Positions 1-11,762 of a stretch of 64,000 nucleotides of DNA are shown in pieces; the first letter of the stretch is position 1; each line of letters opens with the position of its first letter. A program made the position numbers and the translations under genes. This DNA is from Dehalococcoidia bacterium. Its GTDB lineage: Bacteria; Chloroflexota; Dehalococcoidia; SHYD01. Location: positions 18,479 through 82,478 of the forward strand of contig CBDDEI010000002.1 in the NCBI GenBank assembly GCA_965226775.1, in the 5' to 3' direction. A model generated the notes under the pieces. The model did no database searches. It saw only the letters and a list, made by a program, of their open reading frames with translations, and was not told the origin of the DNA.

Positions 1-2427
1 CGAGGGAACCCCGCTGACCGCTACTCTGGACGATCCCGACTTCGTCGTCAGTGGCAGCGCCACCTGGGCTTGGGCGGGTTCCCCGAACGGCAGCTCCTCC
101 TCCTGGACCCCCATCAATGGGGCAACCTCAGCCAGCTACACGCCGGTTCCCGCCGATGTGGGCCGCTACCTGCGGGCCACCGCCTCCTACACCGATGGAG
201 AAGGGTCGGGCAAGAGCGCCCAAAGGGTCTCGGCCAATAGGGTGCAGCCAGCGCCTGTGGAGCCGAATGAGCCGCCCGAGTTCCCGCTCACCGAGACCCG
301 TGCGCGCGACGTGGACGAGAACACGCCGGCGGGCGAGGACATCGGCGAGCCCGTCGCGGCCACCGACCCCGAGGGCGACACCCTGACCTACTCCCTGGAC
401 ACTGCCGGCGCGGAGTCCTTCGACATTGGCTCCACTACGGGCCAGTTGCAGACCAAGGCCGCCCTGAACTTTGAGACTACGCCCAGCTACAGCGTAACCG
501 TAACCGCCACCGACACCGGCGCCGCCACCGATACCATCATCATCACCATCACCGTCAACAACCTCGAAGAACCCGGCACGGTAACGCTGTCGTCCCTGCA
601 GCCCCTGGTCGCTATCCCGCTCACCACTACGCTGGACGATCCCGACGTCGTCAGTGGCAGTGTGACCTGGTCGTGGGAGCGTTCTCCGGACGGCACCTCC
701 TCCTGGACCCTCATCAGTGGGGCAACCTCAGCCAGCTACACGCCGGTTCCCGCCGATGTGGACCGCTACCTGCGGGCCACCGCCTCCTACACCGATGGAG
801 AAGGGTCGGGCAAGAGCGCCCAGGCTATCTCCGCTCACGCGGTGGAGCTGGCGCCGGGAAGGAACGCACCAGTGTTCACTGAGGGCGCCAGTACAACCCG
901 CAGCATCCCGGAGAACACACCCGCGGGTAGGAACATCGGCGCACCCGTCTCGGCCACCGACCCCGACAACGACCTCCTAACCTACAGCCTGGGCGGCCCC
1001 GACGAGGAGTTCTTCGACATTGATGCGTCCTCCGGCCAGTTGCAGACCAAGACGGCCCTCGACTACGAGAGCAAGTCCAGCTACTCAGTCACCGTGTCGG
1101 TCAGCGACAGTAAGGACGCCGACGGCAACCCTGACACGACCACGACAGTACGATCGCGGTGACGATTCTTGTCACCACTGTCACCACCACAACCACCACC
1201 ACAACGGGTGGCGGTGGCGGCGGAGGAGGAGGCCGCGGCCGCTCTACTCCAACGCCGAGCCCGACGCCTACACCGAGCCCAACGCCTACGGCGACACCTA
1301 CCCCTACCGGACCGCAGTTCTCCGGCTTGATTGCCGCTGAGCCCAGCGTGACCGGGATGGTGGTCCCTGAGGGCGCAACCTTGGGCCTCAACGGCGGCGG
1401 AGACCTGCCAGGCGGCGTCTACCTGAACTTCCCGCCCACCGCAGTGGCCTTGCCAGTGCACGTGAGCGTCTCGGTGAGCAACGACCGCGCCAGCGATGTG
1501 GAAGCGCCCAGCGGCACTACCTTGCTGCCCTTGACCATCAACATCACTCCGGAAACTCCCCTCACCCTGGGCGAGCCGCTGACCATTGAGATAAACCCCA
1601 CGCCGGAACAGCTGGAGGCCGCAGGCGGTGACCTGAACAACCTCGCCGTGGGCGTGGTGACTCCCAACGGCATTGTGGTGCTGCCCGCGAAGGTGATGCA
1701 CGGCAGGCTGGTGGTGACCACCGACCGCATCGCCCCCTTCGTCCTGCTTGCCATCACGGACACCGGCCCAGTTCTGACCCAGCCGCCTATGGGCGATGCC
1801 TCGTCTATGGGCCCGCTGCTGCAGTGGACCCAACCGCCGCGCACTACCTGGTTCCAGGTGCAGGTGATCCCCTTCAACGAGGACGGCCCCGGCATCAACC
1901 TGGTTATCGGCGACGGCGCGCTGGTGCGCGGCGCGCAGTACCAGGTCCTGGGCCCCAACTTCGGCAGCGCTGACCCCAACTACGTGATGCTGCCCGATAT
2001 GACCTACCTCTGGCGGGTGCGCACTACCACGGTGCTGACGAACCCGACGGAGGCAGACTGGAGCGCGTGGGCGGTGAGCAGCTTCAAGACGCCGCCTGCC
2101 AGCAGCAGCACCATCACCCCGGTGGCGCCGCCGGCCTTTGGGGAGGTGAGCACGCTCACCCCAACGTTGACCTGGGCGAACTCCAACACCGCCGTGTTCT
2201 ATTACGAGGTGCAGGTCAGCAAGGACTACGAGTTCGGGCCGAACGCCTTCCTCTACAGTGAGTACGTCCACGGCGGAGCCAGCACCCCGCCCAACAGCTA
2301 CGTGGTGCCGGCAGCCTTCCCCCTAGAGGCAGGCGAGATCTACTACTGGCGCGTCCGGCCGCGGATTCAGGGCGACGGCGACCCGCTGCCGTGGAGCGCC
2401 ACCTACGTGTTCCTGGCGCCAGGATAG
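1..2427 (+). CDS. Surface protein 1 (5'-partial): cadherin/Ig-like repeats, Thr/Gly/PT linker and shared C-terminal module; apparent -1 frameshift near 1144
   Basis: ORFs 158-1162 and 1159-2427 join if the G missing at CACG^ACAG (compare the near-identical copy near 8655) is restored. Cadherin motifs ENTPAG..IGAPV.ATDPD and LDYE..SY.VTV are present. Confidence 0.8.
1309..2427 (+). repeat. Copy 1 of a ~1.12-kb C-terminal module (other copies at 4225-5345, 9525-10645, 17958-19082)
   Basis: Four near-identical copies running from GPQFSG to WSATYVFLAP; similarity extends ~25 nt past the stop codons. Confidence 0.95.
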
Positions 2428-2541
2428 GGCGCAGACGAGCAGACGAGCAGACGAGTGTTGCCCCGGCGCGCGGACACGGTGCTGCACTACTTTCGGCTCA
2501 ACATTGCCCAGACCACTATATAAACATAGGAGTGTAACCTG

Positions 2542-5345
2542 ATGCGTAAAAGAATCTTCACGAGCACGATTGCCGCTCTGGCCCTCTTTGCCGTTGTTGG
2601 CCTTGTTGCCGCCCTCGCGCCCTCTATTGCATCGCTAAACCTGGCCCGCGCCCACTCCGTGACGGAGGCTGCCCTCACTGCGCTAACGGTGACCGCAGGG
2701 GGGACGACGCAGACGCTCTCCCCGGCGCTCAGCAGCACGGTGCATTACTACACGGTCCCCGTGGCCGATACTGTGACCCAGATCACCATTGCGGCCACGC
2801 CGTCCGGCGACGGCACGGTAGCCTATGAGGAGGCCGATGAGACGGCGCTCCCGGACGCCGACGCGAACACCCCCGGCCAGCAGGTAGACATCCCCACGGC
2901 CGGCAAGCGCATCAACGTAGTGGTAACCCATACCGACGCCGGGGTGATGATGGTAGAGACCTACGGCGTGCTGGTGATCCGCCATGGCCCGGCGGTACCG
3001 GACACGATCGTGCTCATGGCGCTGTACAACTACGCGGGCGGCGAGGACTGGACGAACAGCACCGACTGGGGGAGCACTGAGCCCCTCAACACCTGGTATG
3101 GCGTCAGCACGAACTCCGACGGCCGTGTCATACAGCTGGCCCTTAGTCAAAACAACTTGGTCGGAATCCTGCCGACCGCGTTGGGCAATCTCGACCAGAT
3201 GACGACTCTGAATCTGTGGGGCAACCAGTTGAGCGGGACAATCCCAGACCTGACCCGCCTCACCAGCCTGCTGGAGCTGTGGTTGAGCGATAACGCGTTG
3301 AGCGGGACGATCCCAGCCTCGCTGAACAGCCTCACCACCCTGACGCAACTGCACCTGGACAACAACCAGTTGAGCGGGCCGATTCCAGACCTGAGCAGCC
3401 TCACCAGACTGAAGCAACTGTCCCTGCGGAACAATGAGCTGACGGGAGAGATCCCGGCTTGGCTGGGCGACCTCGCCGCCCTGGAGTTACTGTACCTGAA
3501 GAGCAACCAGTTGAGCGGGGACTTCCCAGAAGAGCTGGGCATGCTCAGCCAGCTGAAGGCCACACGCTTCGCGAGCAATAAGGACGCCGACGGCAACCCT
3601 ACGTTGACCGGGTGCGTGCCCCATGGGTTGCGCTATCTCGTGGCCGCCGAGGAGTTTTCGGCGGGCTTCCCAGCCCAGGACTTCATCGCGGTGGACGCGA
3701 ACGGGGACGGCGACACCGATGACCTTGACGATACTCCCGGCCTGAACCTGCCGTTCTGCATGCTGAGCGCGTTGGACCTCAGCGACGTGACCCTCGATCC
3801 GTCCTTTGCCAGCGGCACTGTGGCCTACACCGCCGATGTGGCCAACACCGTGGCAGCCACGACGGTGACGGCGACGTTGTACAACTTCGCTGACACCATC
3901 TCCATCATGAAGGGCGCGGACACCTACATGAGCGGAGACCCGGTGCCGCTCAACGTGGGGGAGAACGTGATCACCATCAAAGTCACCCCTGCGGACAGCA
4001 CCCCTGTGCACACCTACGAGGTGACGATCAACGTCACCACCACAACCACCGCTACCGCCACCGCCACTGCCACTGCCACTGCCACTGCCACCGCCACTGT
4101 CACCACCACAACCACCACAACCACCACCACAACGGGTGGCGGTGGCGGAGGAGGCCGCGGGCGCGCTACTCCAACGCCAACGCCTACACCGAGCCCAACG
4201 CCTACGGCGACACCAACCCCAACCGGACCGCAGTTCTCCGGCAAGATTGCCGCGGAGCCCAGCGTGACCGCAACGGTGGTTCCCGAGGGCGCCACCCTAG
4301 GCCTTAACGGCGGTGGAGACCTGCCAGGCGGCGTCTACCTGAACTTCCCGCCCACCGCCGTGGCCTTGCCGGTGCACGTGAGCGTCTCGGTGAGCAACAC
4401 CGCGCCAGACGATGTGACAGCGCCCAGCGGCACTACCCTGCTGCCCTTGACCATCGACATTACGCCGGAAACTCCCATCACCCTGGGCGAGCCGCTGACC
4501 ATCGAGATTAACCCCACGCCGGAACAGCTGGAGGCCGCAGGCGGTGACCTGAACAAGCTCGCCGTGGGCGTGGTGACTCCCAACGGCATTGTGGTGCTGC
4601 CGACGCAAGTAATGCACGGCAGGCTGGTGGTGACCATCGACCGCCTCGCCCCCTTCGTCCTGTTGGCGGTCACGGATCCAGGCCCGGTCCTGAGCAGCCG
4701 CCTATGGGCGATGCCTCCTCCATGGGGCCGCTGCTGCAGTGGACCCAACCACCGAAAACTACCTGGTTCCAGGTGCAGGTGATCCCCTTCAATGAGGACG
4801 GCCCCGGCATCAACCTGGTTATTGGCGACGGCGCTCAAGTGCAGGCCGCGCAGTATCAGGTCCTGGGCCCCAATTTCGGCAGCGCTGACCCCAACTACGT
4901 GATGCTGCCCGGCATGACCTACCTCTGGCGGGTGCGCACGGCCACAGTGCTGACGAACCCCACGGAGGACGACTGGAGCGCGTGGGCGGTGAGCAGCTTC
5001 AAGACGCCGCCAGCCAGCAGCAGCACCATCACCCCGGTGGCGCCGCCGGCCTTTGCGGAGGTGGGCACGCTCACCCCAACGTTGACCTGGGCGAACTCCA
5101 ACACCGCCGTGTTCTACTACGAGGTGCAGGTAAGCAGGGACTACGAGTTCGGGCCGAACGCCTTCCTCTACAGTGAGTACGTCCATGGCGGAGCCAGCAC
5201 CCCGGCCAACAGCTACGTGATACCAGCAGCCTTCCCCCTAGAGGCAGGCGAGATCTACTACTGGCGGGTGCGGCCGCGGATTCAGGGCGACGGCGACCCG
5301 CTGCCGTGGAGCGCCACCTACGTGTTCCTGGCGCCACCGGGATAG
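2542..5345 (+). CDS. Surface protein 2: signal peptide, cadherin-like beta-sandwich, plant-type LRRs, second beta-sandwich and shared C-terminal module; frameshift near 4695
   Basis: RBS AGGAG upstream; hydrophobic N-terminus ending in ARA; repeats LxxLxLxxNQLSGxIP; DANGDGD Ca-loop. ORFs 2542-4782 and 4704-5345 join by comparison with the paralogs. Confidence 0.8.
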
Positions 5346-5393
5346 GGCGCAGGCGAGCAGACGAGCGTTGAGTTAGGAACATAACGTTACTCC

Positions 5394-8300
5394 ATGGGTA
5401 AAAGAATCTTCACAAGCACGGTGGCCGCACTCGCCCTCTTTGCGGTTGTTGGCCTTGTTGCCGCCCTCGCGCCCTCTATTGCATCGCTAAACCTGGCCCG
5501 CGCCCATACCGTGACGGAGGCTGCCCTGAGCGCGCTGACGGTAACCGCGGAGGAGACGGCGCAGACGCTCTCGCCGGCGTTCAGCAGCACGGTGACTGAC
5601 TACACGGTCGCCGTGGCCGACACCGTGACCCAGATCACCATCGAAGGCACGGCGGACGGCGACGGCACTGTGGCCTATCAGAACACGGACGGGACGACGC
5701 TCACGGACGCCGACACGAGCGTCGACGGCCAGCAGGTGGACATCCCCGCGGCGGGCGACAAGTCCATCAACGTGGTGGTGACCCATACCGACAGCGGGAC
5801 GGACGACGCAGACCTACGACCGTGCTGGTGAGCCGCGAGGGGACGGACGACACGTGCGACGGAATAGTCTACAACTCAACGCCGACGGCGGTGGAGGTGG
5901 ACGCCGTCCCGATCGTGGTCGAGTCGACGACCGCGGACTACTTCGTGCTCTATGTGCGACCTGACCTGGAAGCTGATCGCGAAATCCCGGTCTCGGTGAC
6001 GTTGGGAGAGGACGGCGAGACGACCCTGACGGATCAGCTCTCAGCTCTTCCTGTTGAGCACTACAGGGTGGAGAAATACCCCGTCGACGACCCTGGAGAT
6101 GTTGACCTTGACTGCATCCACGACATCGATGAGCTTGCGGACATGGGAACTATGAACCCGTTCAACCGCGCCGCGCCGATTGACCCGGACGTCGCCAACC
6201 TGCGCCTCCGTAACGGCACTATCGCAATTCCCGATCGCGAGACCTTCGAACAGCTCTCTTACCAAGGTACCGATGTGTGGATCGATCGTCATCTCACCAA
6301 TCTGGAGTTCGTCAAGTTCTTCCTCATCCTTATGAATACCGACCGGCCGGGGGTCTATTTCATGAACACGGTGATGCACCGGTGTCACTGCTATTTTGCC
6401 GCCGCTGTCGCTTTTCCATCCATCGGGGTGATGCGCGGCGAGATCGTGTACCACCCCAACATCGTTGCGCCTGACGGCTCGCTGGGCGTCTACCGCTTTG
6501 AGTTCGAGCCCAGGGATGCCTACCCCTTTGAGACTGTGCAATATGCTTATGAGGTGCTGGCCGCCAGCATGCCGCTGCTGGAGAACAACCTGGCCTACTA
6601 CCCAATGCCCGCTGCCGCGCTGCCGCTCTACCACAGAGAGCGGGCGAGCTATGACAACTCGCGGGTCAATGTGTTGTTTGAAGAAGATATCTTTCCTGAT
6701 GTCGCTTTCCTCTCCCTCAACAAGGGGACTGGGTACGGGTTGCTGCGGGTCATGTCACAGGATGAACGGCCTAATCCTCGCGATGTCGTGATCTATGAGT
6801 CGCTGCCCAACGAGTTATCCCGCGTCGCCGGCATCATCACCAGCGTACCCCAAACCCCACTCTCGCACGTCAACCTGCGCGCGATTCAGGATGGCGTCCC
6901 CAACGCCTTCATACGCGGCGCCCTCGACAAGCCCAAAATCGATGCGCTCATCGACCGCTACGTCCACTACACGGTGACCGCGACCGGATACACCATCCGA
7001 GCGGCCACTAGGACAGAAATCGACAATCATTTTGCGTCGTCTCGGCCCGCCCAGCCGCAGACGCCGCAACGGGACCTCTCGGTCACTGTGATCACTCCCC
7101 TTAGTCAGCTCGGCTTCGACGACTGGGATGCCTTCGGCGTAAAGGCGGCCAACGTGGCTGTCCTAGGAACGCTGGGGTTCCCGGATGGGACGGTCCCCGA
7201 CGGGTTCGCGATCCCGTTCTACTTCTACGATGAGTTCATGAAGCACAACGACTTCTACACCCGCATCGAAACCATGCTGGCCGACTCCGACTTCCAGACG
7301 GACTACGGCACGCAGGAGGAAGAACTGAAGGAACTGCGCGATGCGATCAAGGACGGGACCACGCCGGACTGGATCATCACCGCGCTGGAGGAGATGCACG
7401 CGGAGTTCCCGGACGGGACTTCGCTGCGTTACCGGTCCAGCACGAACAACGAGGACCTGCCCGGGTTCAGCGGCGCTGGGCTGTACGACTCCAAGACCCA
7501 GGACCCCGACGAAACCGAGGAAGACGGGATTGACAAGTCGATCAAGGGAGTGTGGGCGAGCCTGTGGAACTTCCGCGCCTTCGTCGAACGCGACTTCCAC
7601 CGCATCGACCACAACGCGACGTCGATGGGCGTCCTGGTGCACCCCAACTACTCGGACGAGCTGGCCAACGGCGTCGCCGTCAGCTTCGACCCTGTCTACG
7701 GCCGAGACGGCCACTACTACGTCAATAGCCAGCTAGGGGAAGACCTGGTCACCAATCCCGACGCACTCTCCCTGCCAGAGGAACTCCTATTGAGCCCGAA
7801 TGAGGGGGGAGACGTAGTTCTTGCCACCTCGAACCAGGTGGCGCCGGGGCAACTCCTGATGAGTGACGCCCAACTGACACTGCTGCGCGCACACCTCCAA
7901 GTGATCCATGACGAGTTCAAGAAGCTGTACAAACCCGGACCCGATGAACCGTTCGCCATGGAGATCGAGTTCAAGATCACCAGCGAGAATATCCTGGCCA
8001 TTAAACAGGCCCGCCCCTGGGTCTTCGGCGTCGCCTCGGCGGTGTTGCCAAACCGGGCGCCAGTGTTCACGGAGGGCGCGAGTACATACCGCATCGTGGC
8101 CGAAACCACCGCTTCGGGCGTGAACATAGGCGCGCCGGTCGCGGCCAGCGACCGAGATAGCGACGCGCTGACCTACTCCCTAAGCGGGGCCGACGCAGAC
8201 TCCTTCGACATTGATGCGTCCTCCGGCCAGTTGCAGACCAAGACGGCCCTCGACTACGAGAGCAAGTCCAGCTACTCAGTCACCGTGTCGGTCCGCGACA

Positions 8301-10645
8301 GCAAGGACGACGAGGGCAACCCTGACACGACCACAGACAGTACGATCGCGGTGACGATTCTTGTCACCGAAGTCAACGAAGTCCCGGTGTTCCCGTCGGC
8401 GACGGCCACTCGCACGATCTCGGAGAACACGCCCGCGGGCGTGAACATCGGCGCACCGGTGGCGGCCACGGACCCGAACAGCGGCGACACTTTGACCTAC
8501 TCCCTAGGCGGGACCGACGCAGACTCCTTCTACATTAATTTTACATCGGGCCACTTGCTGACCAAGACGGCCCTCGACTACGAGAGCAAGTCCAGCTACT
8601 CAGTCACCGTGTCGGTCCGCGACAGCAAGGGCGACGAGGGCAACCCTGACACGACCACGGACAGTACGATCGCGGTGACGATTCTTGTCACCGAAGTTAC
8701 CAAAGTCACCAAAGTCCCGGTGTTTCCGTCAGCGACGGCCACTCGCACGATCCCGGAGAACACGCCCGCGGGTAGGAACATCGGCGCACCCGTCTCGGCC
8801 ACGGACGCCGACAACGACCTCCTAACCTACAGCCTGGGCGGCCCCGACGAGGAGTTCTTCGACATTGATGCGTCCTCCGGCCAGTTGCAGACCAAGACGG
8901 CCCTCGACTACGAGAGCAAGTCCAGCTACTCAGTCACCGTGTCGGTACGCGACAGCAAGGACGACGAGGCTACAGCGACCACCGTGTCGGTCGCGCGACA
9001 GCAAGATCGCGATGACAACCCTGACTCGACCACGGACAGTACGATCGCGGTGACGATTCTTGTCACCGAAGTTACCGAAGTTACCGAAGTCCCGGCGTTC
9101 CCGTCAGCGACGGCCACTCGCACGATCCCGGAGAACACGCCCGCGGGTAGGAACATCGGCGCACCCGTCTCGGCCACCGACGCCGACAACGACCTCCTAA
9201 CCTACAGCCTGGGCGGCCCCGACGAGGAGTTCTTCGACATTGATGCGTCCTCCGGCCAGTTGCAGACCAAGACGGCCCTCGACTACGAGAGCAAGTCCAG
9301 CTACTCAGTCACCGTGTCAGTCCGCGACAGCAAGGACGACGAGGGCAACCCTGACACGGCGATTGACGCCACGACCCGAGTGACAATCAACGTCACCACC
9401 TCCACCACCACTACAACGGGCGGCAGCCGCGGTGGCGGCGGGCGGTGGCGGCGGCAGCGGCCGCGCTACCCCAACCCCAACGCCTACACCGAGCCCAACG
9501 CCTACGGCGACACCAACCCCTACCGGACCGCAGTTCTCCGGCTTGATTGCCGCTGACCCCAGCGTGACCGCAACGGTGGTACCCGAGGGCACCACCCTGG
9601 GCCTCAACGGCGGTGGAGACCTGCCAGGCGGCGTCTACGTGAACTTCCCGCCCACCGCAGTGGCCTTGCCGGTGCACGTGAGCGTCTCGGTGAGCAACGA
9701 AGCACCGAGCGACGTAGTAGCGCCCAGCGGCACTACCTCTGCTGCCGCTCACCATCAACATCACCCGGAAACTCCCCTCATCCTGGGCGAGCCGCTGACT
9801 ATTGAAATCAACCCCACGCCGGAACAGCTGGAGGCCGCAGGCGGTGACCTGAACAACCTCTCCGTGGGCGTGGTGACCCCCAACGGCATCAGTTGTGCTG
9901 CCCGCGCAGGTGCTGCACGGCAGGCTGGTGGTGACCACCGACCGCATCGCCCCCTTCGTCCTGCTTGCAGTCACGACCCCGGCCCGAGTTCTGACCCAGC
10001 CGCCTATGGGCGATGCCTCCTCCATGGGGCCGCTGCTGCAGTGGACCCAACCGCCGCGCACTACCTGGTTCCAGGTGCAGGTGATCCCCTTCAATGAGGA
10101 CGGCCCCGGCATCAACCTGGTTATCGGCGACCGCGCGCTGGTGCGCGGCCGCGCAGTACCAGGTCCTGGGCCCCAACTTCGGCAGCGCTGACCCCAACTA
10201 CGTGATGCTGCCCGATATGACCTACCTCTGGCGGGTGCGCACTACCACGGTGCTGACGAACCCCACGGAGGACGACTGGAGCGCGTGGGCAGTGAGCAGC
10301 TTCAAGACACCGCCAGCCAGCAGCAGCACCATCACCCCGGTGGCGCCGCCGGCCTTTGGGCAGGTGAGCACGCTCACCCCGACGTTGACCTGGGCGAACT
10401 CCAACACCGCCGTGTTCTATTACGAGGTGCAGGTTAGCAAGGACTACGCGTTCGGGCCGAACGCCTTCCTCTACAGTGAGTACGTCCATGGCGGAGCCAG
10501 CACCCCGCCCAACAGCTACGTGGTGCCGGAAGCCTTCCCGCTAGAGGCAGGCGAGATCTACTACTGGCGGGTCCGGCCGCGGATTCAGGGCGACGGCGAC
10601 CCGCTGCCGTGGAGCGCCACCTACGTGTTCCTAGCGCCGGGCTAG
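5394..10645 (+). CDS. Surface protein 3: signal peptide, beta-sandwich, PEP/pyruvate-binding (PPDK_N, ATP-grasp) domain, four cadherin repeats and shared C-terminal module; several apparent frameshifts
   Basis: N-terminus near-identical to protein 2; motifs FGVKAAN, VPDGFAIP, RYRSSTNNEDLPGFSGAGLYDS and MEIEFK..IKQARP. Indels near 5800-5820, 9430, 9740-9765, 9890 and 10148 relative to the paralogs. Confidence 0.75.
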
Positions 10646-10673
10646 GGCAGAGGCCGGCAGCCGCGCGTTGAGT

Positions 10674-10702
10674 AAGGAGGGGGCCTGATGGCCTCCTCCT
10701 TT
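10674..10702 (+). terminator. Hairpin/terminator after surface protein 3 (related copy at 19104-19131)
   Basis: AAGGAGGGGGCC-TGAT-GGCCTCCTCCTT inverted repeat. Confidence 0.55.
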
Positions 10703-10906
10703 CCTTGGTAGCGTTTTTGATGGGCAGATAAAGTAAGGTGAACTGCTGGTTAGCGGGCGAGCCTATGTACCCCAGCCGCAGGCCAGAAACTACACAGTAA
10801 TTGTCACGATGGCGGCCTATGTGCACACATCATGTATACCTAAGGGCTGTATCATGGACTATATATAATCTAGGGATATTATTTAGGGCCATACAGGTGG
10901 AGTGAA

Positions 10907-11683
10907 ATGAGAAAGCTCATTGTCCTGCTGACCATAGTTGCCCTTGAATCAAGCGTGATGACGGTCCTGGCCGGATGCGGATCGCCTACACCGACGGACC
11001 AGCCCGCTGCAGCGCCCACGGAGACCACATCCCCTCTCCTGAAACCCACCGCCACCGTAGCTACTCCTCTCGTGGATGACTCCGTGTCTACACCAACTCC
11101 CGCGTCGTCTGCCAGCGACGGGATTGAATTCACGCCCGTCGACTCATTCGGATCTTCCAAGAAACAGGACCCTATAACGGTTGCTGATCAGGATTCTCCC
11201 CAGAAGGATGGCCCCGGCGCTACCGGCCCTGTCCAGGGTGACCCCTACACCTGGCAGGACGGCGACAGGACCATGACGGTGATGCTTCAGGCAGACCTGG
11301 TAGTCGAGAAAGACTCCGGCGGATTGCCTCGTGACGTCGTTTCAGCCAACGAGGGTGGAACTAACGTTGTCAGGAGTGCGGATGCACAATCGAACAGTGC
11401 TACCCTGCCCGTCTTTCGCGCGGAGTCCGGCGCGCTGATGACCCTCCCCGGCAGCGTTCTGCTGGTGCTCAGCTCTGAATGGAGCCAGGCGGAAACGAAC
11501 GCCTTTTTCTCCAACAATGGGATCAAGATGGACCGCGTGTCGGAGTTGGGCTACGTCGCTAACGGCTTCTTCGTTGAAACTGAACCAGGATTCCCCTCGC
11601 TGGACCTCGCCAACGCCCTGGCAGTGCAGGACGGTGTGGAAATCTCCAGCCCCAACTGGGGAAAAGAATCCACCCCGAAGTGA
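10907..11683 (+). CDS. Lipoprotein with a C-terminal subtilase prodomain/external-chaperone-like domain
   Basis: Lipobox LAGC, Pro/Thr/Ser linker, and a C-terminal domain ending LANALAVQDGVEISSPNW typical of S8 prodomains; lies directly upstream of a subtilase. Confidence 0.65.
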   Translation: MRKLIVLLTIVALESSVMTVLAGCGSPTPTDQPAAAPTETTSPLLKPTATVATPLVDDSVSTPTPASSASDGIEFTPVDSFGSSKKQDPITVADQDSPQKDGPGATGPVQGDPYTWQDGDRTMTVMLQADLVVEKDSGGLPRDVVSANEGGTNVVRSADAQSNSATLPVFRAESGALMTLPGSVLLVLSSEWSQAETNAFFSNNGIKMDRVSELGYVANGFFVETEPGFPSLDLANALAVQDGVEISSPNWGKESTPK

Positions 11684-11762
11684 TTGTTGCCCGTGCATAC
11701 CACCGGTTGTTGTGACCCACTGTTCCCGTGAACGCTAACGTCTCTTCAGCGTCATCCATCCC

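Noticed and set aside
1176-1310. Thr/Gly/PT codon tracts as phase-variable simple repeats
   Set aside because: Imperfect triplet-based repeats whose length changes keep the frame; better explained as flexible or glycosylated linkers.
1309-2427. Autotransporter barrel, T9SS, sortase or PEP-CTERM signal
   Set aside because: No alternating barrel pattern with terminal Phe, no LPxTG/PEP motif with TM helix and basic tail.
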